From a virus (taxonomy: Duplodnaviria > Heunggongvirae > Uroviricota > Caudoviricetes): DNA of 64,000 nt. The translations under genes and the position numbers were made by a program. The notes under the pieces were generated by a model. That model saw nothing but the letters and a program-made list of their open reading frames with translations. It was not told the DNA's origin and did not search any database. Shown in pieces: positions 1 to 9,586 of this stretch; positions within the stretch are counted from its first letter, which is position 1, and every line of letters starts with the position of its first letter. The DNA lies in IMG/VR virus record IMGVR_UViG_3300044765_000092, positions 94,679 through 158,678 of that record; one strand, 5' to 3'.

Positions 1-304
1 AGTCTGTGTGGCGAGGCTCTTTGATCAACACGTCGATCCATACCTTGCGCATATTGTCAGGCGATGCAACGACCGTATGAGCAAGGTATTCTGATCTATC
101 TGGTAACTGCGTTGGGTACGCGTAGCCAAGAGTCTGTGCCAAGAACACGAACGAGAACAGAGCACCAGCCAACAGAACAGGAATCAAAGCGAACTTGAGT
201 TTGTACCGATTATCTGTCTGCACAAAGACGTAGAGTGTCAAGGCCGATAGCAGACCAAACACAACGATAAGCGGCAGCATCAGCAGGAAAGACTGGATCC
301 ACAT
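1..304 (-). CDS. Membrane protein, third gene of the MotA/ExbB-like cluster (3' end runs off the window)
   Basis: Not in the ORF track. Hand translation from ATG at 304: MWIQSFLLMLPLIVVFGLLSALTLYVFVQTDNRYKLKFALIPVLLAGALFSFVFLAQTLGYAYPTQLP..., with two hydrophobic segments and no stop before base 1. It starts 2 nt after the stop of 307..939. Confidence 0.75.
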   Translation of the reverse strand, partial: MWIQSFLLMLPLIVVFGLLSALTLYVFVQTDNRYKLKFALIPVLLAGALFSFVFLAQTLGYAYPTQLPDRSEYLAHTVVASPDNMRKVWIDVLIKEPRHTD

Positions 305-306
305 GA

Positions 307-939
307 TCAGTTCCCTCCAACCTTTGGGGCCACGAACGGGACATCAGCTTCTTGGTCGATATTGGTAATCGTACCATCAGCGTCGACGTCGAATGCAAAC
401 GCAGTTACTTGTTGTCCAGAATCCTGTAGCTCGACATTCTTCGACACAAGATCGCGTACATCAGGGTTCAAAGCAATGATCTTGACTGTGGCAGTCACTG
501 GCCCATCACTGTTTGGCAACCCAAACTGCTCGCCTGCGAAACGATTGTAGAAGAAGACGTTAACAACGTAGTGACCAGGATAGATAGCGCGAACGGCGAT
601 CACTTCCTTGTTCGATGCAATGATCTGTGTCTTTCCGTCCGGCGTGCGGAACACATCACCAAACGCTCCACGATCATCACGATCTAGGGTCGCAATCCCT
701 GCGTCTTTATGGTTGAACCCTACGGTCTGCCCGTTGGGTAGCAACATCCACAGGTCTAGGTCGTGCGGACTCTGATCTGGCCACGTGAGCTCGACCAGGA
801 ACTCGGCTTTCCGCTCGACCCCCTTGTGGTGTTCGGCTACTGGTCTCATCTGTACGACGGCCAGGGCATAGAGCAGGAGGAACACCAGCAGTAGGTTCAA
901 CAGCATGTCGATGTATGCTGTGCTCGTGCTCTTATTCAT
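307..939 (-). CDS. Single-TM protein with MotB/ExbD-like N-terminus and YfaP/DUF2135-like soluble domain
   Basis: TM helix preceded by a conserved-type Asp (YIDMLLNLLLVFLLL), then LTWP...DLDLW...LDRDDRG...E...PGHYVVNVFFY. Overlaps the stop of the MotA-like gene. Confidence 0.6.
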   Translation of the reverse strand: MNKSTSTAYIDMLLNLLLVFLLLYALAVVQMRPVAEHHKGVERKAEFLVELTWPDQSPHDLDLWMLLPNGQTVGFNHKDAGIATLDRDDRGAFGDVFRTPDGKTQIIASNKEVIAVRAIYPGHYVVNVFFYNRFAGEQFGLPNSDGPVTATVKIIALNPDVRDLVSKNVELQDSGQQVTAFAFDVDADGTITNIDQEADVPFVAPKVGGN

Positions 940-1435
940 GTTCTTGGACCCCAGCTCCGGTCCCAGCTCCAGCCTTGGTCGCTAGCGCGTTTAGATTCAG
1001 TACCTGAATGTTGAGCAGAATGTTGCAGACAAGACCCAACAGAGTATTGACCAGCGCGATTGACACACTCGACGTGATCTTTTGCATGGTGTTAGTGGCG
1101 GCTGCAACATCAGCGGCCCCGGCGTGGGACACTGCGCCCAACAGCAACATGAAACCAACCACTGTGCCGATCAGGCCTAGTTGAGTCATGAGGTTGACTG
1201 AGAAGTCCGCGGCTTGTGATTTGAACAGTTTCCACTGTTCGTATTCGGAGTGCGTGACCTGATAGGTTAGTCGGCCAATATAGGTGCTCAGCACCAAGTA
1301 GACGCCGATGATCACGAATCCGATTTTGAATCGGTCGATATCCCACAGCAGAGTCATCGTACCCGACAGTGCGCAGCCCACAAGAGTAGCGACACTGCAC
1401 ACAAACACAAACCACCATTTCAACATTCCGACCAT
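932..1435 (-). CDS. MotA/TolQ/ExbB proton-channel family protein
   Basis: LGLIGTVVGF and IALVNTLLGL motifs of the ExbB/TolQ/MotA TM2/TM3 pair; about 4 hydrophobic segments. Confidence 0.8.
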   Translation of the reverse strand: MVGMLKWWFVFVCSVATLVGCALSGTMTLLWDIDRFKIGFVIIGVYLVLSTYIGRLTYQVTHSEYEQWKLFKSQAADFSVNLMTQLGLIGTVVGFMLLLGAVSHAGAADVAAATNTMQKITSSVSIALVNTLLGLVCNILLNIQVLNLNALATKAGAGTGAGVQEHE

Positions 1436-1465
1436 TTGATACTCCTAGTCAACCACAGTCGTTGT

Positions 1466-1693
1466 TCAACCGTTCAGCGCGTCAATTCGATTCCGGATAT
1501 TGTCAATCTGCTTCTCTATAGCCTCCGTATCAGTTCCCGCGTTCTTACGCTTTTGCATCTCGACTTCCAGTTGTTTGATCTGAAGTTCGAGTTGACCTTT
1601 GAGCGTCTCCCGATCCTTCTTCAACTGGTCCTCGGCGTGTTCGTCAGCCAACTCGATTCGCTTCATTTCACACTCGCCGTGTATGCGTTTCAT
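1466..1693 (-). CDS. Small coiled-coil hypothetical protein
   Basis: Co-oriented, fills the gap between neighbours, heptad-like charged sequence. Confidence 0.6.
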   Translation of the reverse strand: MKRIHGECEMKRIELADEHAEDQLKKDRETLKGQLELQIKQLEVEMQKRKNAGTDTEAIEKQIDNIRNRIDALNG

Positions 1694-1706
1694 GATCTAT
1701 CAGTTC

Positions 1707-2366
1707 TCACTTTGCGTATGCTACGTAGTAGCCGTCGGACGCAGCAGTCGGAGAATCCCCGGACCGATCAGGGTCCCACTTCAACAACTGCTTCAGCGTC
1801 TTTGTACTCCCGTCTTGCATCTTGAACACCGGGTACGTCATCTTTCCGATCTTTTCCCAGCCTACGATCTTCACGTCCATCGCCTTTCCATTAGGGCCAA
1901 GACCCTTGGGAAAGTGATAGACAACACGATAGGTCTTGGCCAGAGACGCCCAAAGACTGGACGAGAACTGGCTGAGATTCATGTCGGACGCCAGCTTGCC
2001 CATGTCTTTGATGGCCGCATCATACAGCATACGCCCAAGACCTAGACCCTGGAATTTGGGCGCCACGTATGTTCCAGTCACAGTCAGTTCACCATACTCG
2101 TTCCGTTGTAGAGCCAAGAATCCAGTTGGAAACATTGAACGAGTTGGCGAGCACACCCAATACGTTCTGTCGTACTTAGGGTTCTGACCTTCTACCCATA
2201 CGTGAGAGTCGCTCTTCGAAAGAACAATCTTGGCTCGACCCGGGTTGTCGATCAGGACCTCTACGCGATCGTGGATCGCGTCAACGACCGCCATGAACGA
2301 ACCGGACTTGTCTACACTAGTCGGGTCCCATGCCAATTCAAGTCTAGCTTGTGCTTCGGTCTTCAT
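1707..2366 (-). CDS. GNAT-fold acetyltransferase-like protein
   Basis: Acetyl-CoA motif A: YVAPKFQGLGLGRMLYDAAI. Confidence 0.7.
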   Translation of the reverse strand: MKTEAQARLELAWDPTSVDKSGSFMAVVDAIHDRVEVLIDNPGRAKIVLSKSDSHVWVEGQNPKYDRTYWVCSPTRSMFPTGFLALQRNEYGELTVTGTYVAPKFQGLGLGRMLYDAAIKDMGKLASDMNLSQFSSSLWASLAKTYRVVYHFPKGLGPNGKAMDVKIVGWEKIGKMTYPVFKMQDGSTKTLKQLLKWDPDRSGDSPTAASDGYYVAYAK

Positions 2367-2375
2367 ACAATCCGC

Positions 2376-3608
2376 TCAATAAGGTGTGCGCGGTGCCATA
2401 GTCACGTCCTCGTGATGCGACCAGCGACCCGAGCCATAGTGTTCACGATTGAAGAAGCGCATCATGTCGACCGTACAACGTGTGATGGCCCCGGTATCCG
2501 GATCTTGTACGAGACGGGTAATGCCACCGCCCACGTGGAAGTCCAGCCGCTTCTTACGACCAAACGGGGTTTGATCTTGCGTGCAACCTGTCTGGATAAC
2601 CCACACGTTGCGGATGTTGATGCACTCCATCTTGTGCCAGTGACCCAACAGAACGACAGCCGGTTTCTCACCCCCGTCCAAGCTCTCGATGTACTTTTGC
2701 GGAGCATAGGACGTTGCGTAGCTAGAACCACCACCAGGGTGAGCGACCCGCAATCGGGTCTTGACACCAGACTCTGCGTGGGTCAATGCAATGTCGGCTT
2801 CCATATAGCCAAGGTCGACCCAATCACGTCGTTCCACATCACGGAACTTCATTTCGGCGTAGCGACCAATATCTACACCTTCACGCTGGCTATACCATCC
2901 TTCGTGATCGTCTCCAGTCACGGCGTAGGTAGTGATGCCATCACGTTTCGGCCAGTTTTCAGCCAGATAGCGACACTGCGCGTCCATCCCGTGGACCAGC
3001 AAGTCGTGTTTATTGAAGTGAGCTTCACCGTCAATCCAGTTGCCGGCGTGAAACACACGATCGACGCCCACTTCAGCAAACGCGTCGAACAACTTGTTGA
3101 GCACATCCAGCCGAGAATACTTGGACCCAAGGTGCGTGTCCGACAGCCAGCCAAACACGTAGGAGCCATCGGCACGCGATTTGTATTCGTGCTTATGACC
3201 CAGATCGGTCCCGGATTGCGGCCGAGTGATCAGCCAGTACGAGTCGCCACTCTCTTGAATGGCAAAACCCTCGGCTCTCATTTGCTGAATGGCAGTTACG
3301 ACTTCAGCCGGGGTAGTTTTGAATGTCTGCGCCAATGATTCGACGGTAGTATGGCCCATGCGCAAGATACGGCGCATCGCCAGTCCATCGATCAGAGGTT
3401 TGTCATCCGCTTTTGCAGCCGTCGGTGCTGGAATGGACATATCGAGCCCAAGCCGACGAGCCTTTTCTATACGCGAAGACGCGGCTGTCCGACTGAGACC
3501 CATGATTCGAGCCATTTCAGAGACATTGCCGCCAACCGTCTTCCATACGTTGACTGTTTCTTCGATCTGTTTCGGAGTAAGATCGGTGCTACGCTTAAAG
3601 TGTACCAT
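2376..3608 (-). CDS. Calcineurin-like metallophosphoesterase with N-terminal HTH domains
   Basis: SDTHLGS, HAGNWIDG, GDDHE, HPGGG and GHWH motifs; N-terminal NVSEMARIMGLSRTAASSRI HTH. Confidence 0.8.
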   Translation of the reverse strand: MVHFKRSTDLTPKQIEETVNVWKTVGGNVSEMARIMGLSRTAASSRIEKARRLGLDMSIPAPTAAKADDKPLIDGLAMRRILRMGHTTVESLAQTFKTTPAEVVTAIQQMRAEGFAIQESGDSYWLITRPQSGTDLGHKHEYKSRADGSYVFGWLSDTHLGSKYSRLDVLNKLFDAFAEVGVDRVFHAGNWIDGEAHFNKHDLLVHGMDAQCRYLAENWPKRDGITTYAVTGDDHEGWYSQREGVDIGRYAEMKFRDVERRDWVDLGYMEADIALTHAESGVKTRLRVAHPGGGSSYATSYAPQKYIESLDGGEKPAVVLLGHWHKMECINIRNVWVIQTGCTQDQTPFGRKKRLDFHVGGGITRLVQDPDTGAITRCTVDMMRFFNREHYGSGRWSHHEDVTMAPRTPY

Positions 3609-3614
3609 TTGTGA

Positions 3615-4034
3615 TCAAGCCTTGAGTTTTTCGATTTGGAGCTCACCGCCTGATTGAGCATCAACCAAGCACGTGATTCGCACTGCTTCAGCCGCATCGT
3701 GTCCAGCTTCCATCAGTGCCATTGCCGCTATGCTACCTGTACCGATAGCATACCAGTCACGTTCAATAGGAACTTCGCCATCAGTTGCGGTCCAATAGGA
3801 CACGCCTTCGGCGCTCAAAATCAGAACGATGCACTCTCCTTTCGGGGCTTTCCCACGTCGATTGTTCAGAAACCACTTACGGACCGCCGTCAGGGGGCCC
3901 ATGTCCCCTGCGAATCCATAAAGTGACCCTCCGATTCGTTCAATCTTCTTCATTGGGTGCCACACAGTTCCATCACTACAGCGACTGTCACTCACCATAG
4001 TGCCGGACCGTGCGTCGGCCACAATAGTCGTCAT
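3615..4034 (-). CDS. HslV/proteasome-subunit-like Ntn hydrolase
   Basis: Starts MTTI (Thr1 after Met removal), with SDSR, GFAGD and AIGTGS motifs. Confidence 0.75.
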   Translation of the reverse strand: MTTIVADARSGTMVSDSRCSDGTVWHPMKKIERIGGSLYGFAGDMGPLTAVRKWFLNNRRGKAPKGECIVLILSAEGVSYWTATDGEVPIERDWYAIGTGSIAAMALMEAGHDAAEAVRITCLVDAQSGGELQIEKLKA

Positions 4035-4056
4035 GAACTACTCACTTGATCAAGAG

Positions 4057-5247
4057 CTACTTGATGAGACCAAACTTGGCGCTGTAACGACCCCAATTTG
4101 TAGCTGGGCTGATAGTGATACCCAACGAACCAGCGGCTCCATAAGCCTGCTGAGTTGGATCCACATTGCCGTCACCGCCAAGAAGGCCCCGCTTGACCAG
4201 GATCGTTTTGAACGCCTTGCATTCGTTGTCCATAACGGCCTGGAGGCTATCTGCCAATCCCTGGAAGTATTGAGTGCGGTCCACATCGAGACTGACGCTT
4301 TGACCGCTGAAGTTGAAGACACGCTCACCTTCCATAAGGAACTGAGCCCGCAACGCTACGATCTCAGAGAATCGCAGCCAATACTCGCGTACTGGACCAG
4401 TAGCATTGAGCATCGTGAAATTGGTCGGTACGCCATACGCACCGTTGAACATATCACGACCACGACGTAGATAGGCCAGCAGCAGAGGGTCTGTGAAATC
4501 GATCTCAGACAACCCGTCGATCGACGCGCTCATCTTATCGATGAGGGCACGCATGTCGGCCAACGCGCTCAAAATGCTTGGGTTGACGACAAACAGTCGA
4601 CCAGTCTGCCGACTGATATTCGACGGTGTAGCCAAGTTCCAACCACTCCACACAACCGTGTACGATTCAAGCGCCGCGCTCAGTGGTGGATTCGGGTTCT
4701 GTGTCGTGCTGTAGTACCATCCATCAGCCGTCTGTTGTGGATTCGGAACAATGACCTGAGGCATTGCCGTGTCGTTCTGGCTGTAGATCGTGACTGCCAC
4801 GTTATCGTACTTGGTGGGTGTCACGTAGTTGAGATTCAGCGGATCAAACGCCAATTCAACTGCGTCCTGTACGCCCTGAGGAACAGAGTACGGTGCAACA
4901 ACTCGCAGCTGTTCAAAACTGTAGAACGATTGACTGCCAATCAGCAACGTCCACCGGATTTGATACGATTGACCGTTCAGTGTTTGAATCGCATCCGATG
5001 GAACGTTGACAATCGCGTGGGACTCGATACGCACCGAGTCCACGGTGTTGTAGATCGCGTAGTCGAAAGCGTCGCCGCTCGACAACGTTGCACCATCCTG
5101 ATTAAGAAGCGCCCAGCTCACAGTTCCGGCGCTGGCGTCAAAACCAGCAGGGAACGTAAAGACGGCAGTGCCGGTTGCACTGTCACCGGCCTGAAGCTCT
5201 CCGACTAGCGCCTGAAACGCATCAGGATTGTTGGTCATATAAGTCAT
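4057..5247 (-). CDS. Putative virion structural protein (head-tail/neck-like)
   Basis: 396 aa, Ig-like beta-rich N-half and helical C-half, in a structural gene block. The function is inferred. Confidence 0.45.
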   Translation of the reverse strand: MTYMTNNPDAFQALVGELQAGDSATGTAVFTFPAGFDASAGTVSWALLNQDGATLSSGDAFDYAIYNTVDSVRIESHAIVNVPSDAIQTLNGQSYQIRWTLLIGSQSFYSFEQLRVVAPYSVPQGVQDAVELAFDPLNLNYVTPTKYDNVAVTIYSQNDTAMPQVIVPNPQQTADGWYYSTTQNPNPPLSAALESYTVVWSGWNLATPSNISRQTGRLFVVNPSILSALADMRALIDKMSASIDGLSEIDFTDPLLLAYLRRGRDMFNGAYGVPTNFTMLNATGPVREYWLRFSEIVALRAQFLMEGERVFNFSGQSVSLDVDRTQYFQGLADSLQAVMDNECKAFKTILVKRGLLGGDGNVDPTQQAYGAAGSLGITISPATNWGRYSAKFGLIK

Positions 5248-5252
5248 TTACC

Positions 5253-8177
5253 TTACCCATGCTGATTTTGATTGATGAGGAATTCTCCAGGTTGGAGAAC
5301 ACGTACCTCATCACCATCCACTACTACTGCTGTACCTGGAACGGTGGTCTGGCCACGGCGTTGCCACAACGCCAGTGTCGAAGGATCCAACACCAACGGA
5401 TACAGACCGGAACTGAACTCGGCATCCGACAGTTCACGCCACGAACCATCGATCCGAACACATACGCCACGAACTGAGTGAGCAACGCCGACGGTGGACC
5501 CGACTATGTCTCGTCCCTCAGTCAGCGCAGTATCACTGTGTAGACCCAGGGTAACGCTGCCGCTGGTCACCACGTCATTGTTCTCAGTGGGTGTAGCCAC
5601 AAGATTTATGTATGTGGTCAGACCACTGCCGCCACCCATAGTGTCATTGAGCTCGATAAACGGACCAGTTCGAGCATGCAACGACACAGAAGCTGATGAC
5701 GCCAGCGTGTCTCGGCCTTCTATAGGTTGGGCCACGCCACTGATCTTCGGACTGGCATTGGCCGTTGCTCGATCCCGACCTTCTGTCGGTAGGGCCGTCC
5801 CACTAATCTTGGGGCTACCACTCATCGAGTACGGAACATCGTTACCCTCAGCCTGCGATAGAACGATGTTGCCTTCGGATGCTGCGCTGAAGATTGTTGT
5901 ATCGTTCCGTTCCCGTGGTGATCCTTGGGCATGCAACGACACTGAGCCGGCAGCCGACACATTGTCGGCTGCACCATGAATCGAGGCGTTAGCGTGCCCC
6001 TTCCACGATGCCGAAGACACCGATGTGTCAGCCCCCTCAATGGGCTGAACCACAATACTGATCTTCGTTGTGTCAGTTACAGCAAGTGTGTCCGGTCCTT
6101 CGGTTGCCGACAGCACTGCCTGAACGATCGAATGGGCTTGCGCTACAATCTGATCGTTCGCTACCTGCAACAGTGCCGAGATTCCAATGTATGTGGTGCC
6201 TGACGACGCTACCGTGTCGTCGGGCAGCAGATTGTTGGACACCGCGTCAACAGTCACTGACCCGTTGACGATCGAACTATCGCCCGTATCGGTGACCGAA
6301 ACAACAAAGATCGAACCATCATCCAGACGAGAACCGACAAAGTCGCCGAGTTCAGTCAGTGTGGCGATGCCGTCCAGTGTTTCGGACGAACCACCAGACA
6401 GCGTATCGGGCGCGCCTACCAGATTGGCAATCGCGTGTACAGACCAATGAGCAGTAGCACTACCGATGAAGTCTGAAGCTTCCTGCACCGAGGTGGTCAG
6501 GTTCGTCGTTATTGTGCCTGACGCAGTATCGGTGTCCGGCGCTTCGACCACTGAGAGACTTGCACTTGGCGACGCCGAACTACCCGACGACTCAGTGTCT
6601 GATGCTTCGGTCATCGAGACCGCTGCATCGATAAGAGTGCTGACCAACACCCCGACAGTATCACCGTCGTCAGTCTTGGTAAGCGTTGCGTCGAGTGGTG
6701 AGTGACTTGTGGTCGAAAGAGTGTCAGGGCCTTCGGTTGGCGAGGCCGCTGCGTGGATACCATCCCACGAAGTGGTGCTCACCACCGTATCGTTAGGTCC
6801 AATCAGAGTGGCAACCGCATCAACCACTAGGCTGGCGGCCGACACATCAGTGTCGTTTGCCTCCAGGATCACCGCGCCGATTAGGATCGCGGTCCCAGCA
6901 GCTGACAGAGTGTCGTTACCCTCGATGACCGACAAATCTGTCGACGTCGGCAGCGAGGCTTCAGCTGCTAGTACGTCGCTGGGCTCGATAGGCGCACCCA
7001 CTGCCTTGTTCACATCGAAGAAGTAGGCATCAACGATCAACAGATCGCTGGCAGTGCCAACCGTCTCGGATGGGAATTCTACGTAAGGTGCTGTTGTCGT
7101 TACCTTGAACTCTTGACCGTGGTATTGAGCACCAGTCGGATCATCGTTCAGCGTAACGAGATAGTCAGAGTTGCCTGTGTACGAAGTCTGGGCCGCAAGA
7201 CTGGCAAACGAAGCGACCACAATACCAGTGCCGAGAATAGGCAAGCTATCGGTCGATGCAGTGGTCGCCGATTCCGCTGTACCCCAATTCTCGGACGCAA
7301 ACGGCAGTGTCAAATCCAAGCCCGAAAGCTCGGTCGACATGATGCTCGCACGATTGACCGGACTGCCGAAATTGACAGTCACAATGTCAGCCGAGTTACC
7401 TACGATGTCCTTGACGTAGAACATCTGCAGATGTAGGGTGTTGACACTCGTGCTACGCTGAGTTAGCGACGTCCAAGTATTGCCTGCCGTGTCGCTAATC
7501 GTAAGCGTAGTGGGCGAACCCTCGTACCGAACGCTCACAACCATCAGATTGTGGTCGAGCGTCAATTGACCATCAGTGCTGATAGTCGACACAGGACCGA
7601 CAGCCCATCCATTGGAGGTGGATTGGATACGGTCTTGTGGGTGAGCGAACGACGATACAATATCGTTCGCTTCAGTTATCGAGGTAGTGGCATCCAGCGC
7701 CACTGAACCCGATGCAGTTCGGCCGTCGTTAGCTTCCTGTTTGGAGAACGTGGCGTCGAGCGCCACTGAACCCAAAGACGAGAGCGTTGTGTTGGCTTCG
7801 ACGATCGACGTGTTGGCGTGCAACGCACTTGACGCCGAGGCCGATACGCTGTCGGACCCTTCGGTTTTCGATACCGTCGCGTGCCCGGTCCACGACACAG
7901 TGGACGAGCCTGTGGCCCCAGCTTCAGTGATAGACGCCAATGCGTCGATCTTTACGGAACCGGACGCAGCTCGTGTGTCGGACGACTCAACCACCGTGAC
8001 GGTAGCACCGTCGGTGGCCGACACGGTAGCCGACACGGTATCCGAACTTGATACAAGAGAGCCCGCCAGCGCATCGATCTTCACGCTGGAAGTCGACGCT
8101 ACCTGATCGCCAGCCTCCGTAACAGACAGAGAACCAAGGACGACAAGGCTTTGTAGATTACTGAAGTAAAGAAGCAT
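5253..8177 (-). CDS. Long S/T/A/D-rich repeat virion protein (fibre/appendage-like)
   Basis: 974 aa made of about 21-22 aa degenerate repeats with an E-x-x-D-T core, interrupted by a non-repeat beta domain. Confidence 0.65.
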   Translation of the reverse strand: MLLYFSNLQSLVVLGSLSVTEAGDQVASTSSVKIDALAGSLVSSSDTVSATVSATDGATVTVVESSDTRAASGSVKIDALASITEAGATGSSTVSWTGHATVSKTEGSDSVSASASSALHANTSIVEANTTLSSLGSVALDATFSKQEANDGRTASGSVALDATTSITEANDIVSSFAHPQDRIQSTSNGWAVGPVSTISTDGQLTLDHNLMVVSVRYEGSPTTLTISDTAGNTWTSLTQRSTSVNTLHLQMFYVKDIVGNSADIVTVNFGSPVNRASIMSTELSGLDLTLPFASENWGTAESATTASTDSLPILGTGIVVASFASLAAQTSYTGNSDYLVTLNDDPTGAQYHGQEFKVTTTAPYVEFPSETVGTASDLLIVDAYFFDVNKAVGAPIEPSDVLAAEASLPTSTDLSVIEGNDTLSAAGTAILIGAVILEANDTDVSAASLVVDAVATLIGPNDTVVSTTSWDGIHAAASPTEGPDTLSTTSHSPLDATLTKTDDGDTVGVLVSTLIDAAVSMTEASDTESSGSSASPSASLSVVEAPDTDTASGTITTNLTTSVQEASDFIGSATAHWSVHAIANLVGAPDTLSGGSSETLDGIATLTELGDFVGSRLDDGSIFVVSVTDTGDSSIVNGSVTVDAVSNNLLPDDTVASSGTTYIGISALLQVANDQIVAQAHSIVQAVLSATEGPDTLAVTDTTKISIVVQPIEGADTSVSSASWKGHANASIHGAADNVSAAGSVSLHAQGSPRERNDTTIFSAASEGNIVLSQAEGNDVPYSMSGSPKISGTALPTEGRDRATANASPKISGVAQPIEGRDTLASSASVSLHARTGPFIELNDTMGGGSGLTTYINLVATPTENNDVVTSGSVTLGLHSDTALTEGRDIVGSTVGVAHSVRGVCVRIDGSWRELSDAEFSSGLYPLVLDPSTLALWQRRGQTTVPGTAVVVDGDEVRVLQPGEFLINQNQHG

Positions 8178-8194
8178 CGCCGTCCCTTATGTGA

Positions 8195-9574
8195 TTAGCG
8201 GTACGAGATCGTGATGTTTGGCGCTGTGCCCGACGATGTTACCACTGCGAACAACCCGTTCGCGAACCAGGTATTGAACTGGAACGAACGAGCAGCACTG
8301 CAGTCGATGATCGCAATTGGAGTCGTAGCTGCCGACGGATTATCGTACAGGCTCAACAGGGAACCAGCGGCACCCCCGTTTGTCACGTTCACAGCATGCA
8401 ACATTCCCTTGTTGCCTTTGATCGCCGTACCCGCGGTCGTCGCACTTATTGCAAAGTACGTGAATTCCAGCGTCACCTTCATGTAGCCGAACAGATCGGT
8501 CAGCACATAACAGATCGATCCGTCGGATACACCAAGAGGATAGTTCAGCGCGTCTTTTGCACGACCGCTGACCATCACTGGGTTGCCAGTTGGCGTACCC
8601 CCGTGACTGTTTTGGCCGTTGATACCCAGATTGACACCTGAGTGAATATCGGCTAGAAATCCAGCGCGACTGGCACTACCAACGATAGTCCAAGGTCCAG
8701 TTCCAGCGGTCGAAACCCGAGCGCGGAAATAGCGCAGACGCCGAGGAAACACCAGAGGGATGGCCGTAGTCGATGTGCCGACCGTGGCGTTTGTGCCGCT
8801 ACCGGGATTCCAGCCCAGAGCATTGTCCCATGTCGTTTGGTCTTCAGACCATTCGTATGAGATAGTGCTTGTGCTGCCGGCCGACGTAACACGCAGACCA
8901 ACCGATTCGTAGCCACCGGCTAGATCGATCATGAACAGGACGTTTGCAGTACCTGTATGACCGCCTGACCCTGCGCTCGTTGTGGCGATAGCCGATCCGC
9001 CCTTGGTGAACGCGATGTTGAAATTGTTGGAATCGACCACCGACTGCACATAGACCGTGTTACCGGCAATCAACGGCGATGGCAGTGTGCCGGCCGTGGT
9101 CAAGACTACAGAGTCACCAACCGAGAGTCCATGTGACGGCCAGTTGACAACCGCAGGACTCGCTTGCGAAATCGTGACCGTCGATGTGCGACTGGAGGTC
9201 AAGCTACCGCTAGCCGACAGCCCGTCGCGCAGATCGACCGGCATACGGGACGAATCGGTAGTCGCAGTGGTAGTCCATTTAGACAACAGGGACGTCCAGT
9301 TCTGTAGCGCGCGTTTGATCAACGCGACCACGCTGAATGTCCCTGTGTCAGTTGTTGCAGCCGAGTCACTGGCTTGACCCACAACCCCGTCCGATGATAG
9401 AACCACCGGCACGGAGTTAGCCATCGTCTGCTGACCAGCCGAAATCAGATGCTCGGTTGAACCTGCACCACCGAGATCGAGCTGAACAACTTGGGTCTTG
9501 ACACCGCTTCCGCGGTCAATATCCCGGATTTGGTCACCGCCGGTGCCCGCGTTTAGAACGGTGTTATCGGACAT
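8195..9574 (-). CDS. Putative virion decoration/fibre protein
   Basis: G/S/T-rich, 459 aa, with a SPAVVNWPSHGLSVGDSVVL segment (FCCH-like beta module common in phage fibres). Confidence 0.55.
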   Translation of the reverse strand: MSDNTVLNAGTGGDQIRDIDRGSGVKTQVVQLDLGGAGSTEHLISAGQQTMANSVPVVLSSDGVVGQASDSAATTDTGTFSVVALIKRALQNWTSLLSKWTTTATTDSSRMPVDLRDGLSASGSLTSSRTSTVTISQASPAVVNWPSHGLSVGDSVVLTTAGTLPSPLIAGNTVYVQSVVDSNNFNIAFTKGGSAIATTSAGSGGHTGTANVLFMIDLAGGYESVGLRVTSAGSTSTISYEWSEDQTTWDNALGWNPGSGTNATVGTSTTAIPLVFPRRLRYFRARVSTAGTGPWTIVGSASRAGFLADIHSGVNLGINGQNSHGGTPTGNPVMVSGRAKDALNYPLGVSDGSICYVLTDLFGYMKVTLEFTYFAISATTAGTAIKGNKGMLHAVNVTNGGAAGSLLSLYDNPSAATTPIAIIDCSAARSFQFNTWFANGLFAVVTSSGTAPNITISYR

Positions 9575-9586
9575 AGGATCCTCTTA

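Noticed and set aside
2202-3338. Long plus-strand ORFs opposite real genes (also 11120..12019, 24386..25456, 33105..34058, 35194..36072, 43678..44562)
   Set aside because: Antisense shadows of strongly biased minus-strand genes; no motifs or RBS.
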